In this document: positions 17,702-26,047 of the stretch, in pieces
Numbering within the stretch: the first letter of the stretch is position 1
Layout: each line of letters opens with the position of its first letter
Virus record (IMG/VR): IMGVR_UViG_3300035162_000133
Location: 1-32,188 of that record
Reading direction: 5' to 3' (one strand)
Length of the DNA stretch: 32,188 nucleotides
Origin: a virus
Lineage: Duplodnaviria; Caudoviricetes
Notes under the pieces: model-generated
Seen by the model: only the letters and a program-made list of their open reading frames with translations
Told to the model about the DNA's origin: nothing
Database searches by the model: none
Translations under genes and position numbers: made by a program

Positions 17702-18068
17702 GTAGCATTAATCTTATTCCTAACTCTGTCATAGCCCATATCCTAATCTGTTCTGCATACACTTCAAATGCTTTAGTGTTTAATGTTGCAGTACTCCCTA
17801 TCTTGTTTATACCTACCTTTTTATCGTTTATCTCTAACATCTCCCATTCTTGTAGAAACTTAGCCCTTAGTATATCGTGCATCTCATTAGGGAAATAACC
17901 TAACTCATTAGATAACTCCTGCACTATACATTTCCAATAATAGTTGTTCTGCATGTTTGATCTGTTGTTTCTTTGTTTCTTTACATCTACTATGTAATCG
18001 TTACCCAATTCTTTCAAATAGTTTATCAGACTTTGTTTATCTTTACTGTCCTTTATTACAAACTTCAA
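17685..18068 (-). CDS. NinB/Orf-like recombination mediator
   Basis: RSNMQNNYYW and STATLNTKAF..Y.E.I..WA..ELGI pattern. Confidence 0.7.
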   Translation of the reverse strand: MKFVIKDSKDKQSLINYLKELGNDYIVDVKKQRNNRSNMQNNYYWKCIVQELSNELGYFPNEMHDILRAKFLQEWEMLEINDKKVGINKIGSTATLNTKAFEVYAEQIRIWAMTELGIRLMLPNEYN

Positions 18069-18295
18069 GATAAAGTATCTTTAGCCCTGTTCCAAAGTTT
18101 ATCATTCTTATTAGATAGTGTAGGCTCTGTTCTTTTTATATTAGGAAACCCACCAAACTTGAAAATCTCTTGCATATACTCTCCACACTCTGGACATTCA
18201 GTTCCAATATTAACAACCTTACCTTTTATCACTTTCATTACTACTCTACTTAACTCCTTTTGTATTTCACATTTATTACATTGATATTTTAACAT
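18065..18295 (-). CDS. FmdB-like zinc-ribbon protein
   Basis: YQCNKC...CPECG. Confidence 0.65.
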   Translation of the reverse strand: MLKYQCNKCEIQKELSRVVMKVIKGKVVNIGTECPECGEYMQEIFKFGGFPNIKRTEPTLSNKNDKLWNRAKDTLS

Positions 18296-18309
18296 AGTTT
18301 ATAGTTTAA

Positions 18310-18376
18310 AAATAAAGGAGAGTATAAAAACATTTAATATATTATTTTGTGGCAGTATGCCTACCCTCCCTTATTT
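18310..18376 (-). other. Structured intergenic RNA element (15-bp stem enclosing a small hairpin and an AU-rich loop)
   Basis: 18310-18324 pairs with 18362-18376, with two G.U pairs on the minus strand. Inner hairpin GGCA-TAC-TGCC at 18351-18361. Confidence 0.55.
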
Positions 18377-18378
18377 AG

Positions 18379-18615
18379 TTATATATGACTTATTCTAGGT
18401 TTCTTCTTCTTCTGTTCTATCTCATCTAACTCAAACTCCAAATGGTGTATAGCTTTTTTTATACATTCCTCAGGAGAATTATGTTTAAAGTTTGCTCTTA
18501 GTAAATATGTTACTGCATTACCTACGTTGTAAGTTAATTCCCAATCCGATATTACTTTTCTTGCTTCGTATTTATAATTTTTTCCTATATAATAATCAGG
18601 TATTTTATTTTTCAT
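18379..18615 (-). CDS. DUF3310-like phage protein
   Basis: PDYY, GNAVTYLLRA..K, and E.IKKAIHHLEFE pattern. Confidence 0.7.
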   Translation of the reverse strand: MKNKIPDYYIGKNYKYEARKVISDWELTYNVGNAVTYLLRANFKHNSPEECIKKAIHHLEFELDEIEQKKKKPRISHI

Positions 18616-19013
18616 ATTTTATATTTTTCATAGATTCTTTTTATTCCTTTAAAACAATCTACTAAACAACTAGAACAAGATGTGCCTGTATCATAATTAG
18701 TTCCATAGATAGTATTAAACAATGTGATCATTCTTTTTTTTGTTGCTTGGTCTTTTGCTATTCCTTTTTCTATATCTTTCCATATTAATAACACTTCTTC
18801 TATTAAATGATTTGGTATATTTACATCTCTATCTATTTCTGTTGTCTTACCCCAATACTTCTGTGGACACTCCATTACGGAAATTCTTGCTTTGATTGAG
18901 GTAAAACAAAGGCAAACTTTACAAGAACCTGTAGGTTTAAAATAATACACACATTCTTTACAGATGTTTAACCTATCATTATAAACCTCATCAGTTACAA
19001 AAAACTTATTCAT
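18612..19013 (-). CDS. Cys-rich metal-binding protein of unknown function
   Basis: RLNICKEC...CKVCLCF...CPQKYW plus C-terminal CSSC. Confidence 0.6.
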   Translation of the reverse strand: MNKFFVTDEVYNDRLNICKECVYYFKPTGSCKVCLCFTSIKARISVMECPQKYWGKTTEIDRDVNIPNHLIEEVLLIWKDIEKGIAKDQATKKRMITLFNTIYGTNYDTGTSCSSCLVDCFKGIKRIYEKYKI

Positions 19014-19630
19014 ATTAACCTTAATTGTGCTTGATGTTGTTTTAATCTCTTTATTGCAGCATCATAATATTCCTTATCTAATTCACAAGCAGTTAGATCA
19101 TATCCTAAGTTATGACAAGCTAAAGCTATTGAGCCACTTCCAAGATGTGTATCTAATATCTTATCTCTTTCCTTTGCATAGTTCATTAATATCCACTCAT
19201 ATAGTTTTACTGGTTTTTGTGTTGGATGTATTTTACCACCTTTATCACTTCCTCTAAATCCAGAATATGGTATTTTTGCTTTTCTTAAAACTTTATCAAA
19301 GCTACACCAGGCTAATTCACCATCAGCAAAATCTACACCAACAGGTACTAATTTATCCCAAAAAATCCAACATCTACTTTGAGATAAAGGAAAATAATTT
19401 CCTCCCCAAATTATCTGATTTTTACTTACCCTAAATAATTCATCAAAATATTTTTTATTTGGTATTTCATCATCCCATTTTTTACCTTTTTTCCATTTTT
19501 TAACACCACTACCCATAGTCATTTCAGATGCTCCAATCCCATAAGGAGGGTCAACTATTGCTAAGTCAAAATGATTATCTTCATATCTTGACATTAAATC
19601 CATATTATCTTCGTTAGTTATATTAATCAT
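19010..19630 (-). CDS. DNA amino-methyltransferase (N6-A/N4-C), beta class, orphan
   Basis: Motif IV DPPY precedes HPTQKP and a motif I variant ILDTHLGSGS. Confidence 0.9.
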   Translation of the reverse strand: MINITNEDNMDLMSRYEDNHFDLAIVDPPYGIGASEMTMGSGVKKWKKGKKWDDEIPNKKYFDELFRVSKNQIIWGGNYFPLSQSRCWIFWDKLVPVGVDFADGELAWCSFDKVLRKAKIPYSGFRGSDKGGKIHPTQKPVKLYEWILMNYAKERDKILDTHLGSGSIALACHNLGYDLTACELDKEYYDAAIKRLKQHQAQLRLI

Positions 19631-20186
19631 CTAATAATTCTTTAAGTTGTTCTCTTACTTTGTCTATAGTCGTGAACAGACTGTTCCTACTTATACCTGT
19701 CTTTTTCGCAAGTCCTGTTAATGTATGTCCTTCATAGTAATATAGCTTAAAAACATCTCTATCGTACCAATAAAAATTATCTAATACTTTATCTATCTGT
19801 TCTAATTTCTGCCATTGTACATATTCTTCTGGGTTAGGTATATTGTATAGATTCTTTTTATTAGATGTTTCTCCTGATTCTGTTATGTCGTAAGTAATGT
19901 TACTTGCCTGTTGATCTAAGTGGGTATAGTATTTCTTGTATTTGTAGTAATAAGGACTTCTAACAGATGTAAAACTTCTTCTTAATACAACTGCGCCATA
20001 TCTTATTAAACCCTTGTGTCCATCTTTAACGTATATATCTTTTAAAGTCTTTGGGTTCATCTGCATAAAATAAATCATACATTCTTGTACTGCTTCATCA
20101 ATTTCATTTATATCTTTAGTAAAAGTGTAGGACATCTTTACAAATGTAGGTCTACAATCTGCTACTGCCTGATATACTTTATTCAT
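19623..20186 (-). CDS. ECF-type sigma-factor-like protein
   Basis: Region-2-like DINEIDEAVQECMIYF and a region-4 HTH (DRDVFKLYYYEGHTLTGLAKKTGISRNSLFTTIDKVREQLK). Confidence 0.7.
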   Translation of the reverse strand: MNKVYQAVADCRPTFVKMSYTFTKDINEIDEAVQECMIYFMQMNPKTLKDIYVKDGHKGLIRYGAVVLRRSFTSVRSPYYYKYKKYYTHLDQQASNITYDITESGETSNKKNLYNIPNPEEYVQWQKLEQIDKVLDNFYWYDRDVFKLYYYEGHTLTGLAKKTGISRNSLFTTIDKVREQLKELLDD

Positions 20187-20538
20187 TTTTATAATTTATA
20201 CTACTTAAATTAACAACACAATCTTCTAAATACTTATCAAGCAGAACCCTATATGCTCTTAATGATTCTCTATTTCTTTTTGATTCTAATGCAGCAAAGT
20301 AACCATTACAACATACTGATAGATTAATAGGTAGTATCATTAACCAATCATTCCAATTCCCTTTATCTAAACCTTCCTCCCCATATCCGTTATGGTAGTT
20401 TATTATTAAATCTACTACCTCTACAAATGAATTATATTTTGTTTCTGATGATGATTCTTTTACAAATGATAACATTAATTTTAAATATTCTTCTATGTAT
20501 ATTTTATGTTGAATACTTGAATAAACAGGCTTTACCAT
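20179..20538 (-). CDS. Hypothetical protein
   Basis: ORF track entry 20179..20544. ATG 20538 is preferred because it follows the -7 box. Confidence 0.6.
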   Translation of the reverse strand: MVKPVYSSIQHKIYIEEYLKLMLSFVKESSSETKYNSFVEVVDLIINYHNGYGEEGLDKGNWNDWLMILPINLSVCCNGYFAALESKRNRESLRAYRVLLDKYLEDCVVNLSSINYKNE

Positions 20539-20541
20539 TCT

Positions 20542-20549
20542 CAAATATA
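20542..20549 (-). promoter_or_regulatory. Bacteroidota-type -7 box TATATTTG for the middle operon
   Basis: Minus strand reads TATATTTG-AGA-ATG in the only gap between these genes. Confidence 0.55.
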
Positions 20550-20559
20550 AAACAAATAT

Positions 20560-20970
20560 TTATTCTATATTTTTTTCTTGTTTGATTTTATTAACAACTG
20601 ATTTATAATAAGTTATCTTTTCTTCGTAATCTATACGCATCATTTTAAAAGTTTGTCTAGCTTTTAATTGCAATTCTTCAGCAGTGCCTAATCCATACTT
20701 AGCATCTAAGTTAAGACCAAATTGCCACTGCATACCTTGTTCAAACATATTACACTTAACACACTGTATTTGATTTCTTTCATCATAACGAGTAGCCATA
20801 AATCTTCTTGATTGAAAATGTCCACACTGCATACCTGATTTGTAATGTGCTATTTTATCACAAGTAAAACACTGAACTACACCCATATCTGTAGCATCTC
20901 TTAGTCTTATGTATAAGCTAAACCATTTGTCTAAATCTTTCTTTAATTTGCTTATTGTCTTTAACCCCAT
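20560..20970 (-). CDS. NinG/Rap-like HNH-type nuclease
   Basis: FSLYIRLRD, CFTC, CGHFQSR, RYDERN, QCVKCN. Confidence 0.85.
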   Translation of the reverse strand: MGLKTISKLKKDLDKWFSLYIRLRDATDMGVVQCFTCDKIAHYKSGMQCGHFQSRRFMATRYDERNQIQCVKCNMFEQGMQWQFGLNLDAKYGLGTAEELQLKARQTFKMMRIDYEEKITYYKSVVNKIKQEKNIE

Positions 20971-21239
20971 ATTAATTTTTGTTCAAACACAGGTGCAGGT
21001 TTAAAGTATAAGTATTTAGCTATAGTTGTTGTTCTCCCAAATCGTGTTTTTATTTTTATATCTGTACTGTGAATATTATATCCATCTTTTTTTAATTTAA
21101 ATATAATATCTGAAAGTCTTGTAGCACCATATTCTTTTATAGCTTCCCAACTTGTTATATGTCCATAATTTTTAAGATGCCATTTAATTGCATCTCTTTG
21201 TGTTTTAATTTGATCTTGTGTTATTATAATTGTTTTCAT
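20961..21239 (-). CDS. Winged-HTH protein
   Basis: HLKNYGHITSWEAIKEYGATRLSDIIFKLKKDGYNI. Confidence 0.7.
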   Translation of the reverse strand: MKTIIITQDQIKTQRDAIKWHLKNYGHITSWEAIKEYGATRLSDIIFKLKKDGYNIHSTDIKIKTRFGRTTTIAKYLYFKPAPVFEQKLIWG

Positions 21240-21601
21240 TTTATTAATAATTTTAGTGGTGGTTGATAAAATTCTACATTCTTTTGATTTAATGTTTCAG
21301 TTTTATAAATAGCTTCGTTAATACTTTTTTTATGACTTATTATAAATCTAAAGAAAGTCTTAATATTTAAGTAAGGATCAAAATCACAATACCTTACTCC
21401 TATGTGAAAAGCATCATCTATTTGATTAAATGTCATTCTTCTAAACCTATTCTCTTTTTGTAAATCTTCTGCAAATATCTTAGCAAGAGATGCCATTGAT
21501 TTAGCATCTGCTCTGTGTCCTAACTCTACTGATGTCTTAGCTATTAAGTCTAATACCTTTTCTGTTAGTTCTTTAATGTTTTCTTCTTGTAATGATTTCA
21601 T
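21236..21601 (-). CDS. Hypothetical protein (possibly replication accessory)
   Basis: 121-aa helical ORF in the replication cluster; function not recognised. Confidence 0.5.
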   Translation of the reverse strand: MKSLQEENIKELTEKVLDLIAKTSVELGHRADAKSMASLAKIFAEDLQKENRFRRMTFNQIDDAFHIGVRYCDFDPYLNIKTFFRFIISHKKSINEAIYKTETLNQKNVEFYQPPLKLLIK

Positions 21602-21844
21602 TTAATCTTTTCGTTTTAAATTATATAAAAAATCTACGTTTGTTTTCTTTCTAATAACTTCAGGTATATCTTCTTTTTTAATTCTTTGTTTTACATAATG
21701 TTTTACTTTATGTATTGCAGAAATTCTATGTCCAATTCTGATTAACATTCTACCATCAGCACACTTTTCTTCTTTTTCTTTTAATTCAAAACTCATTACA
21801 TCTAGTAATTCTATAACATTATTTAAAAATCTATCTGTTTTCAT
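21602..21844 (-). CDS. Hypothetical protein
   Basis: 80-aa ORF coupled to both neighbours. Confidence 0.55.
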   Translation of the reverse strand: MKTDRFLNNVIELLDVMSFELKEKEEKCADGRMLIRIGHRISAIHKVKHYVKQRIKKEDIPEVIRKKTNVDFLYNLKRKD

Positions 21845-22047
21845 TTATTATAATTTTTTAATTTATATTTAGTCATATCATTTATTACTTTAAAAGTATT
21901 ATCTCTATAAGTTGGTGTTAAAGATACTAATCTGTTATTAACCTCTTGCATACCACTATATTTAAAGTAATGATCTAATTCTATAAAGTTTTCTTTTTTA
22001 ATTAAAGCTATAACTTTTCTATATTTTAATTCTTCTACTATATTCAT
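21841..22047 (-). CDS. Hypothetical protein
   Basis: ATG 22047 (ATGA overlap with the upstream stop) is preferred over 22071. Confidence 0.5.
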   Translation of the reverse strand: MNIVEELKYRKVIALIKKENFIELDHYFKYSGMQEVNNRLVSLTPTYRDNTFKVINDMTKYKLKNYNK

Positions 22048-22646
22048 AATAATTCTTTTGCTTTCTGCCAAGCATCTATCTGATCATCTAATTTAGATGT
22101 TACTTTGCTTTTAGGTTTATCCCACTTAGCTGCATTTTTTGACCATCTTTCTAATCTTAGTTTAATCTCAAATGTACTCTGCTTTTGAAACCTCATTTTT
22201 TTAACACCCTCTGTCCAATAACTTATAAAGTCATCTTTCATTTCTTTTGGGTAATCAAAATACATAACTTGATTAATAAATTTTTCCTTTATAGATATAT
22301 TATTACTTGTAGTATTAATACTTGTACTATTACCTTTCATCTTTTCGTGTATAGGGGTATCCGTGTTTTTCGTGATACCTATACATCTTTTTACGATTTG
22401 ATTGTTAGAATCCCTTTCTATTTTAATAACTATAAACCCATAATTTTTTAAATCAGACAACCAGGATGATACTGTATTCTTGTTTACATTATATAATTCT
22501 GCAAAGTATTTGTTAGATGCAAAACAAAATCCATACTTATTACTTAAAGCAGTTATTTCTCCATATAATAACTTAGCATTGGGTTTTAAATCTGAATACC
22601 TTACGTTAGCAGGTATTATAGCATAGTAGTTAGGGTTTTCTTTCAT
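22044..22646 (-). CDS. Replication initiator / replisome organizer (N-terminal HTH)
   Basis: YYAIIPANVRY..LKPNAKLLYGEITAL...FCFASNKYFAELY...TVSSWLSDL, low-complexity linker, and C-terminal FISYWTE...FEIKLRL.RW. Confidence 0.75.
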   Translation of the reverse strand: MKENPNYYAIIPANVRYSDLKPNAKLLYGEITALSNKYGFCFASNKYFAELYNVNKNTVSSWLSDLKNYGFIVIKIERDSNNQIVKRCIGITKNTDTPIHEKMKGNSTSINTTSNNISIKEKFINQVMYFDYPKEMKDDFISYWTEGVKKMRFQKQSTFEIKLRLERWSKNAAKWDKPKSKVTSKLDDQIDAWQKAKELL

Positions 22647-23155
22647 ATTGTTATAATCTCTAATGTATAATTGTAATCTCTTAAAACACTTCTTATTAAG
22701 GTTGTGTTATTAGAAAACTGTAAAAAATCAGTATTTATTGTATAACTACTATTACCACACTTAATTTTTAACTTTACTTGTGGTTTTTTAGAAATTACAA
22801 CACCATTAGAAACTAGTAACATTCTTATAGAATCTGAATCTATAAATACATTTTTAGAACTATTAAGGTCAGTATAGCTATTATATACTTTAGTAAATAT
22901 ATTTCTATACTTTGGAAATGATGCAAAGTTGTGCTTATGGTATTTTACATAATGTATTATTGATGTTCTATGTCTATTAATAACATCAGCAATAATTTCT
23001 GGTGGTATCTTTTCTAATCTACCAATAACAGATGCTACCATTCTAGGTATTTGAACACTATGCTTTCTAGTCTTATCACTTAAAGAACCCTCTTGTAACC
23101 CTACTAGATTAGTAGTAAGGCTACAAAGGGATTCAAATTTTTCTTTATCTGTCAT
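22643..23155 (-). CDS. Protein with a DnaA domain-IV-like HTH
   Basis: KTRKHSVQIPRMVA...IADVINRHRTSIIH resembles the DnaA C-terminal R..PRQ.A...IG....RDHTTV.H pattern. Start placed at ATG 23155. Confidence 0.6.
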   Translation of the reverse strand: MTDKEKFESLCSLTTNLVGLQEGSLSDKTRKHSVQIPRMVASVIGRLEKIPPEIIADVINRHRTSIIHYVKYHKHNFASFPKYRNIFTKVYNSYTDLNSSKNVFIDSDSIRMLLVSNGVVISKKPQVKLKIKCGNSSYTINTDFLQFSNNTTLIRSVLRDYNYTLEIITI

Positions 23156-23156
23156 C

Positions 23157-23669
23157 TTAAAATGGTAAATCATCAGGAGTAGAACCTTTAAACTTAGCAT
23201 CAAATGCAGAAGCATATTGATTAGGATCAGTTATTTGATCTATTTTGTTTTTTAATCTACTATCAAAATTATCTAATGTTTTATTAGTTTCCATTACCCA
23301 ATTATAAAACTTATCAGCATTGTCTAAAACCTCATCAGAACTACAATTACTATTGTATTCTACTGCAGCTTTTAAACTTGATTGCCTAACTATTAGCTTT
23401 TGTCTATCTGGATTATCATTTGAAGAATTATTAAATGATTTATTAAAAGATTCAGGCTTTATATAAACAGGTTTTACTTTAGGAAACTTACCATCTGTGT
23501 ATTCATATTCTGCATTAGTTCCTATTACAAATTTATTTTGATCTTGATTTTTAGATGAGTATTCTCCCACATCTCCATTTTCAAAACCAATTTCAAATTT
23601 ATACATCATTCCATATTTACCTTCCCAAGTACCATTTGATTGTACACTTGTTACTTTACTATTTTTCAT
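23157..23669 (-). CDS. Putative single-stranded DNA-binding protein
   Basis: Beta-rich N-terminal domain and the SSB-type C-terminal tail DDLPF. Confidence 0.65.
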   Translation of the reverse strand: MKNSKVTSVQSNGTWEGKYGMMYKFEIGFENGDVGEYSSKNQDQNKFVIGTNAEYEYTDGKFPKVKPVYIKPESFNKSFNNSSNDNPDRQKLIVRQSSLKAAVEYNSNCSSDEVLDNADKFYNWVMETNKTLDNFDSRLKNKIDQITDPNQYASAFDAKFKGSTPDDLPF

Positions 23670-23675
23670 AATTAT

Positions 23676-24035
23676 TTAATTTATTATTATTAATTTTCTA
23701 TTATTATCTTCATACATCTTTAACAAACCTTTTGTTAAATTGTATGAGTATATTCCTGTTATATTAGGAAAAGTTTTATCCATACATCTTTGTAGTTCTG
23801 TACCTACTACTACAATCCCTTCGTAAGCATCTCTCTCATCTGTTGTTTGTTTTCTTAAAATATTATCAGTTTTAGTAAAACTCTCTGTACCTTTTACATA
23901 ATAAAGTTTTGCTTCAACTATTCTGTCATCACATTTATCATAAATCTTTTGTAATGCTTCTTGATGCTCTTTTTTTATTTCTATTATCCTTTCAGGAGAA
24001 GGTCTTGTAGGTGTGTATAATCTATTTATAGCCAT
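23676..24035 (-). CDS. Hypothetical early protein
   Basis: 119-aa ORF in the early cluster. Confidence 0.55.
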   Translation of the reverse strand: MAINRLYTPTRPSPERIIEIKKEHQEALQKIYDKCDDRIVEAKLYYVKGTESFTKTDNILRKQTTDERDAYEGIVVVGTELQRCMDKTFPNITGIYSYNLTKGLLKMYEDNNRKLIIIN

Positions 24036-24250
24036 TCTACAATAATTTTAGTTCCTAATATTACTATTGCTATTCCTATAAGTGCTAGACCTATTTCTTC
24101 TTTCCAATTAGTTTCTGTTTCTATTTCTAATAATTCTGATTCTAAATAATCATACTTATTTTGATGTTGATAAAATTGTGCTTTTTCTTCAGCATTTAAA
24201 ATATGTTCCTTATTAGTTAATTTGTGTTTTATAATGTATTGTGTTTTCAT
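24026..24250 (-). CDS. First early gene; C-terminally membrane-anchored protein
   Basis: Hydrophobic IGLALIGIAIVILG segment, A-rich leader, downstream of a -7 box. Confidence 0.6.
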   Translation of the reverse strand: MKTQYIIKHKLTNKEHILNAEEKAQFYQHQNKYDYLESELLEIETETNWKEEIGLALIGIAIVILGTKIIVEWL

Positions 24251-24275
24251 AATAATTTTTTAGAATTTATATATG

Positions 24276-24283
24276 CAAATATA
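24276..24283 (-). promoter_or_regulatory. Early promoter -7 box TATATTTG
   Basis: Matches Bacteroidota TAnnTTTG, 25 nt upstream of ATG 24250, in the largest intergenic gap. Confidence 0.7.
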
Positions 24284-24286
24284 CTA

Positions 24287-24328
24287 ATTAACTTTTATAT
24301 TAACATATATATTAACTAAGTTATTAAC
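24287..24328. repeat. Four ATTAAC direct repeats at exact 12-bp period
   Basis: Copies start at 24287, 24299, 24311 and 24323. The last lies within TTATTAACA (24321-24329). Confidence 0.8.
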
Positions 24329-24426
24329 AATTACAATGTTAGTATAATAGAATAAAGAGATATAAGACATTTAAAGCCTTATATACATACTACTATTAAA
24401 GTATTAAGAAAGTTTGTTAGATTGCC

Positions 24427-25149
24427 TTATAAGGGCATTAGTAGGCTTATAGGTATAGTTCCGTTGTTTAATACTACTGCACAACCTATAGATTGTTTTT
24501 TAAAGTTTTTTGCATAAGCTGCTGCATAAGATTTATGATTTACACCACAACCAGATTGTAATCCAAATACTCTATATCTTTTTCCACAAAACCATTGAAC
24601 GTATGCAGAGGTATGTGTATGACCACAAACAGATGACATCATATTGTTTTTAGCTTTTGTTGCAGCTTGACCTCCCTCTCCGTGTTCATATAACACATCA
24701 TTATATATAACACTTTCAACCCAATTCCAATTAGGTGTGCCTAAAACATCATTGTAAGACTTTATCCAAGCTGATGGTATTCCTCCTGACATAGCCTTCC
24801 TTGCAGCCATCCGATCATGATTTCCAATGCACACATCAGCATTAGGGAAGGCTTTATACCATCTTGCTATTCTTTTAATTGCATAACTTAATTCATCTCC
24901 TGCCGACATTCCATCAGGATCGGATTCGTGATATGAAAATCCGTGCGAATCAATAACATCTCCAATAAATATTACTTGATTACAGTTCCAAGTTTCGTAC
25001 TGTTCTATACACCAATCAAGATACTCATCAAGACAAAAAGGTTCGTGCAAATCTCCTATTACTAATATATTACTTATCTCTTGCTCTCGCAGTTTTTGAA
25101 TGACTTGTATCTCGTTCGGTTTTAATCTATATCTGTTACTTCTTTCCAC
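24427..25149 (-). CDS. Calcineurin-like metallophosphoesterase
   Basis: GDLH, GDVID, GNHD, HG and GHTH motifs. Confidence 0.9.
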   Translation of the reverse strand: MERSNRYRLKPNEIQVIQKLREQEISNILVIGDLHEPFCLDEYLDWCIEQYETWNCNQVIFIGDVIDSHGFSYHESDPDGMSAGDELSYAIKRIARWYKAFPNADVCIGNHDRMAARKAMSGGIPSAWIKSYNDVLGTPNWNWVESVIYNDVLYEHGEGGQAATKAKNNMMSSVCGHTHTSAYVQWFCGKRYRVFGLQSGCGVNHKSYAAAYAKNFKKQSIGCAVVLNNGTIPISLLMPL

Positions 25150-25330
25150 TATCAGCTATTCCCTGACCAACAACTAAAGCAGCTAAACTCATTAGCATAT
25201 TGTTTACATCTTCAGGATTAAGTCCGAAACTATCACTTAATAGTGTAGTTAAGCAACCAACAACTGTGTACCAAAACTTTTTAGATTTTACCATTTTTCC
25301 TAATAGGAAGTTTTTTAAAAAATTTGTCAT
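25136..25330 (-). CDS. Putative holin
   Basis: 64 aa, SKKFW followed by two hydrophobic segments and GQGIAD; adjacent to the endolysin. Confidence 0.65.
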   Translation of the reverse strand: MTNFLKNFLLGKMVKSKKFWYTVVGCLTTLLSDSFGLNPEDVNNMLMSLAALVVGQGIADSGKK

Positions 25331-25345
25331 TTTAATTTAATTTAA

Positions 25346-25756
25346 TTAATAATAATGCCACAAAACATCTTGCGACTTTTCGCTTGAATCAACGTGAATA
25401 AAACCTTTACCTAATCCAATTCTATTAAATCCATTCTGAATTAAACTTTGTAAGATTTTAAATCTCTCTCTTGAATTTACTGCTACTATATCAACTGCCT
25501 TACAAGGTATCTCTGTATGTGCAGAATCTATAACCCCACCTACTTTTTTATTATGTTCTTTAGTTCTATAACCAGAAGATATTTTAAAACTAATTCCTGC
25601 TTGTTCTCTGCAAGTATCTAATTTAGTTAAAAATATAGGACACATCTTTTTACCACTACCTTGCTCATCAGGACTATCAAACTCCTTAGAACTAAAATGT
25701 TTTAATGTTTTAACATTCCTATCAAAGTCATAATAGTATTCTGAATGATCTATCAT
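25346..25756 (-). CDS. Endolysin, peptidase M15 family
   Basis: SSGYR, SAH...AVD and FIHVD zinc-peptidase motifs. Confidence 0.85.
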   Translation of the reverse strand: MIDHSEYYYDFDRNVKTLKHFSSKEFDSPDEQGSGKKMCPIFLTKLDTCREQAGISFKISSGYRTKEHNKKVGGVIDSAHTEIPCKAVDIVAVNSRERFKILQSLIQNGFNRIGLGKGFIHVDSSEKSQDVLWHYY

Positions 25757-25878
25757 ATATTATATACTGCATAAATTTTTATTCCTTTTACGTTGTTAAT
25801 CAAAACTTTATTAGTTTTAATTACTTCTTCAACTTTTTGATAACGAGGATTTGTACTGTTTAGCTTATTTTTTTTCAT
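25753..25878 (-). CDS. Unlisted 41-aa basic protein MKKNKLNSTNPRYQKVEEVIKTNKVLINNVKGIKIYAVYNI
   Basis: Fills the gap; its stop overlaps the endolysin ATG (ATGA). Confidence 0.55.
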   Translation of the reverse strand: MKKNKLNSTNPRYQKVEEVIKTNKVLINNVKGIKIYAVYNI

Positions 25879-26047
25879 TATGCTTTTTCTTTTGACTATA
25901 CCACTTATCTAAAGTATAGGCTATTGAAATTACTAACAAGATTATCTTTAAAGCTATCTCTAAGTTAGTAAATGTTGTTACACTTAGGACTGTTCCGTTT
26001 ACTGCAGCTACTTCCAGACTGTCTTGTATTGTTTTTTGTATCGGCAT
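25865..26047 (-). CDS. Small membrane protein (second holin/antiholin candidate)
   Basis: IALKIILLVISIAYTL transmembrane segment followed by a basic tail; in the lysis cluster. Confidence 0.6.
   Translation of the reverse strand: MPIQKTIQDSLEVAAVNGTVLSVTTFTNLEIALKIILLVISIAYTLDKWYSQKKKHNEKK

Noticed and set aside
24287-24328. CRISPR-like mini-array
   Set aside because: Repeat 6 bp and spacer 6 bp are far too short, and there are no cas genes.
24342-24373. Sixth late-promoter copy (GTATAATAGA)
   Set aside because: Only a 9/10 match, no TTTG at 15-nt spacing, and it is not next to a structural gene. Left unresolved.
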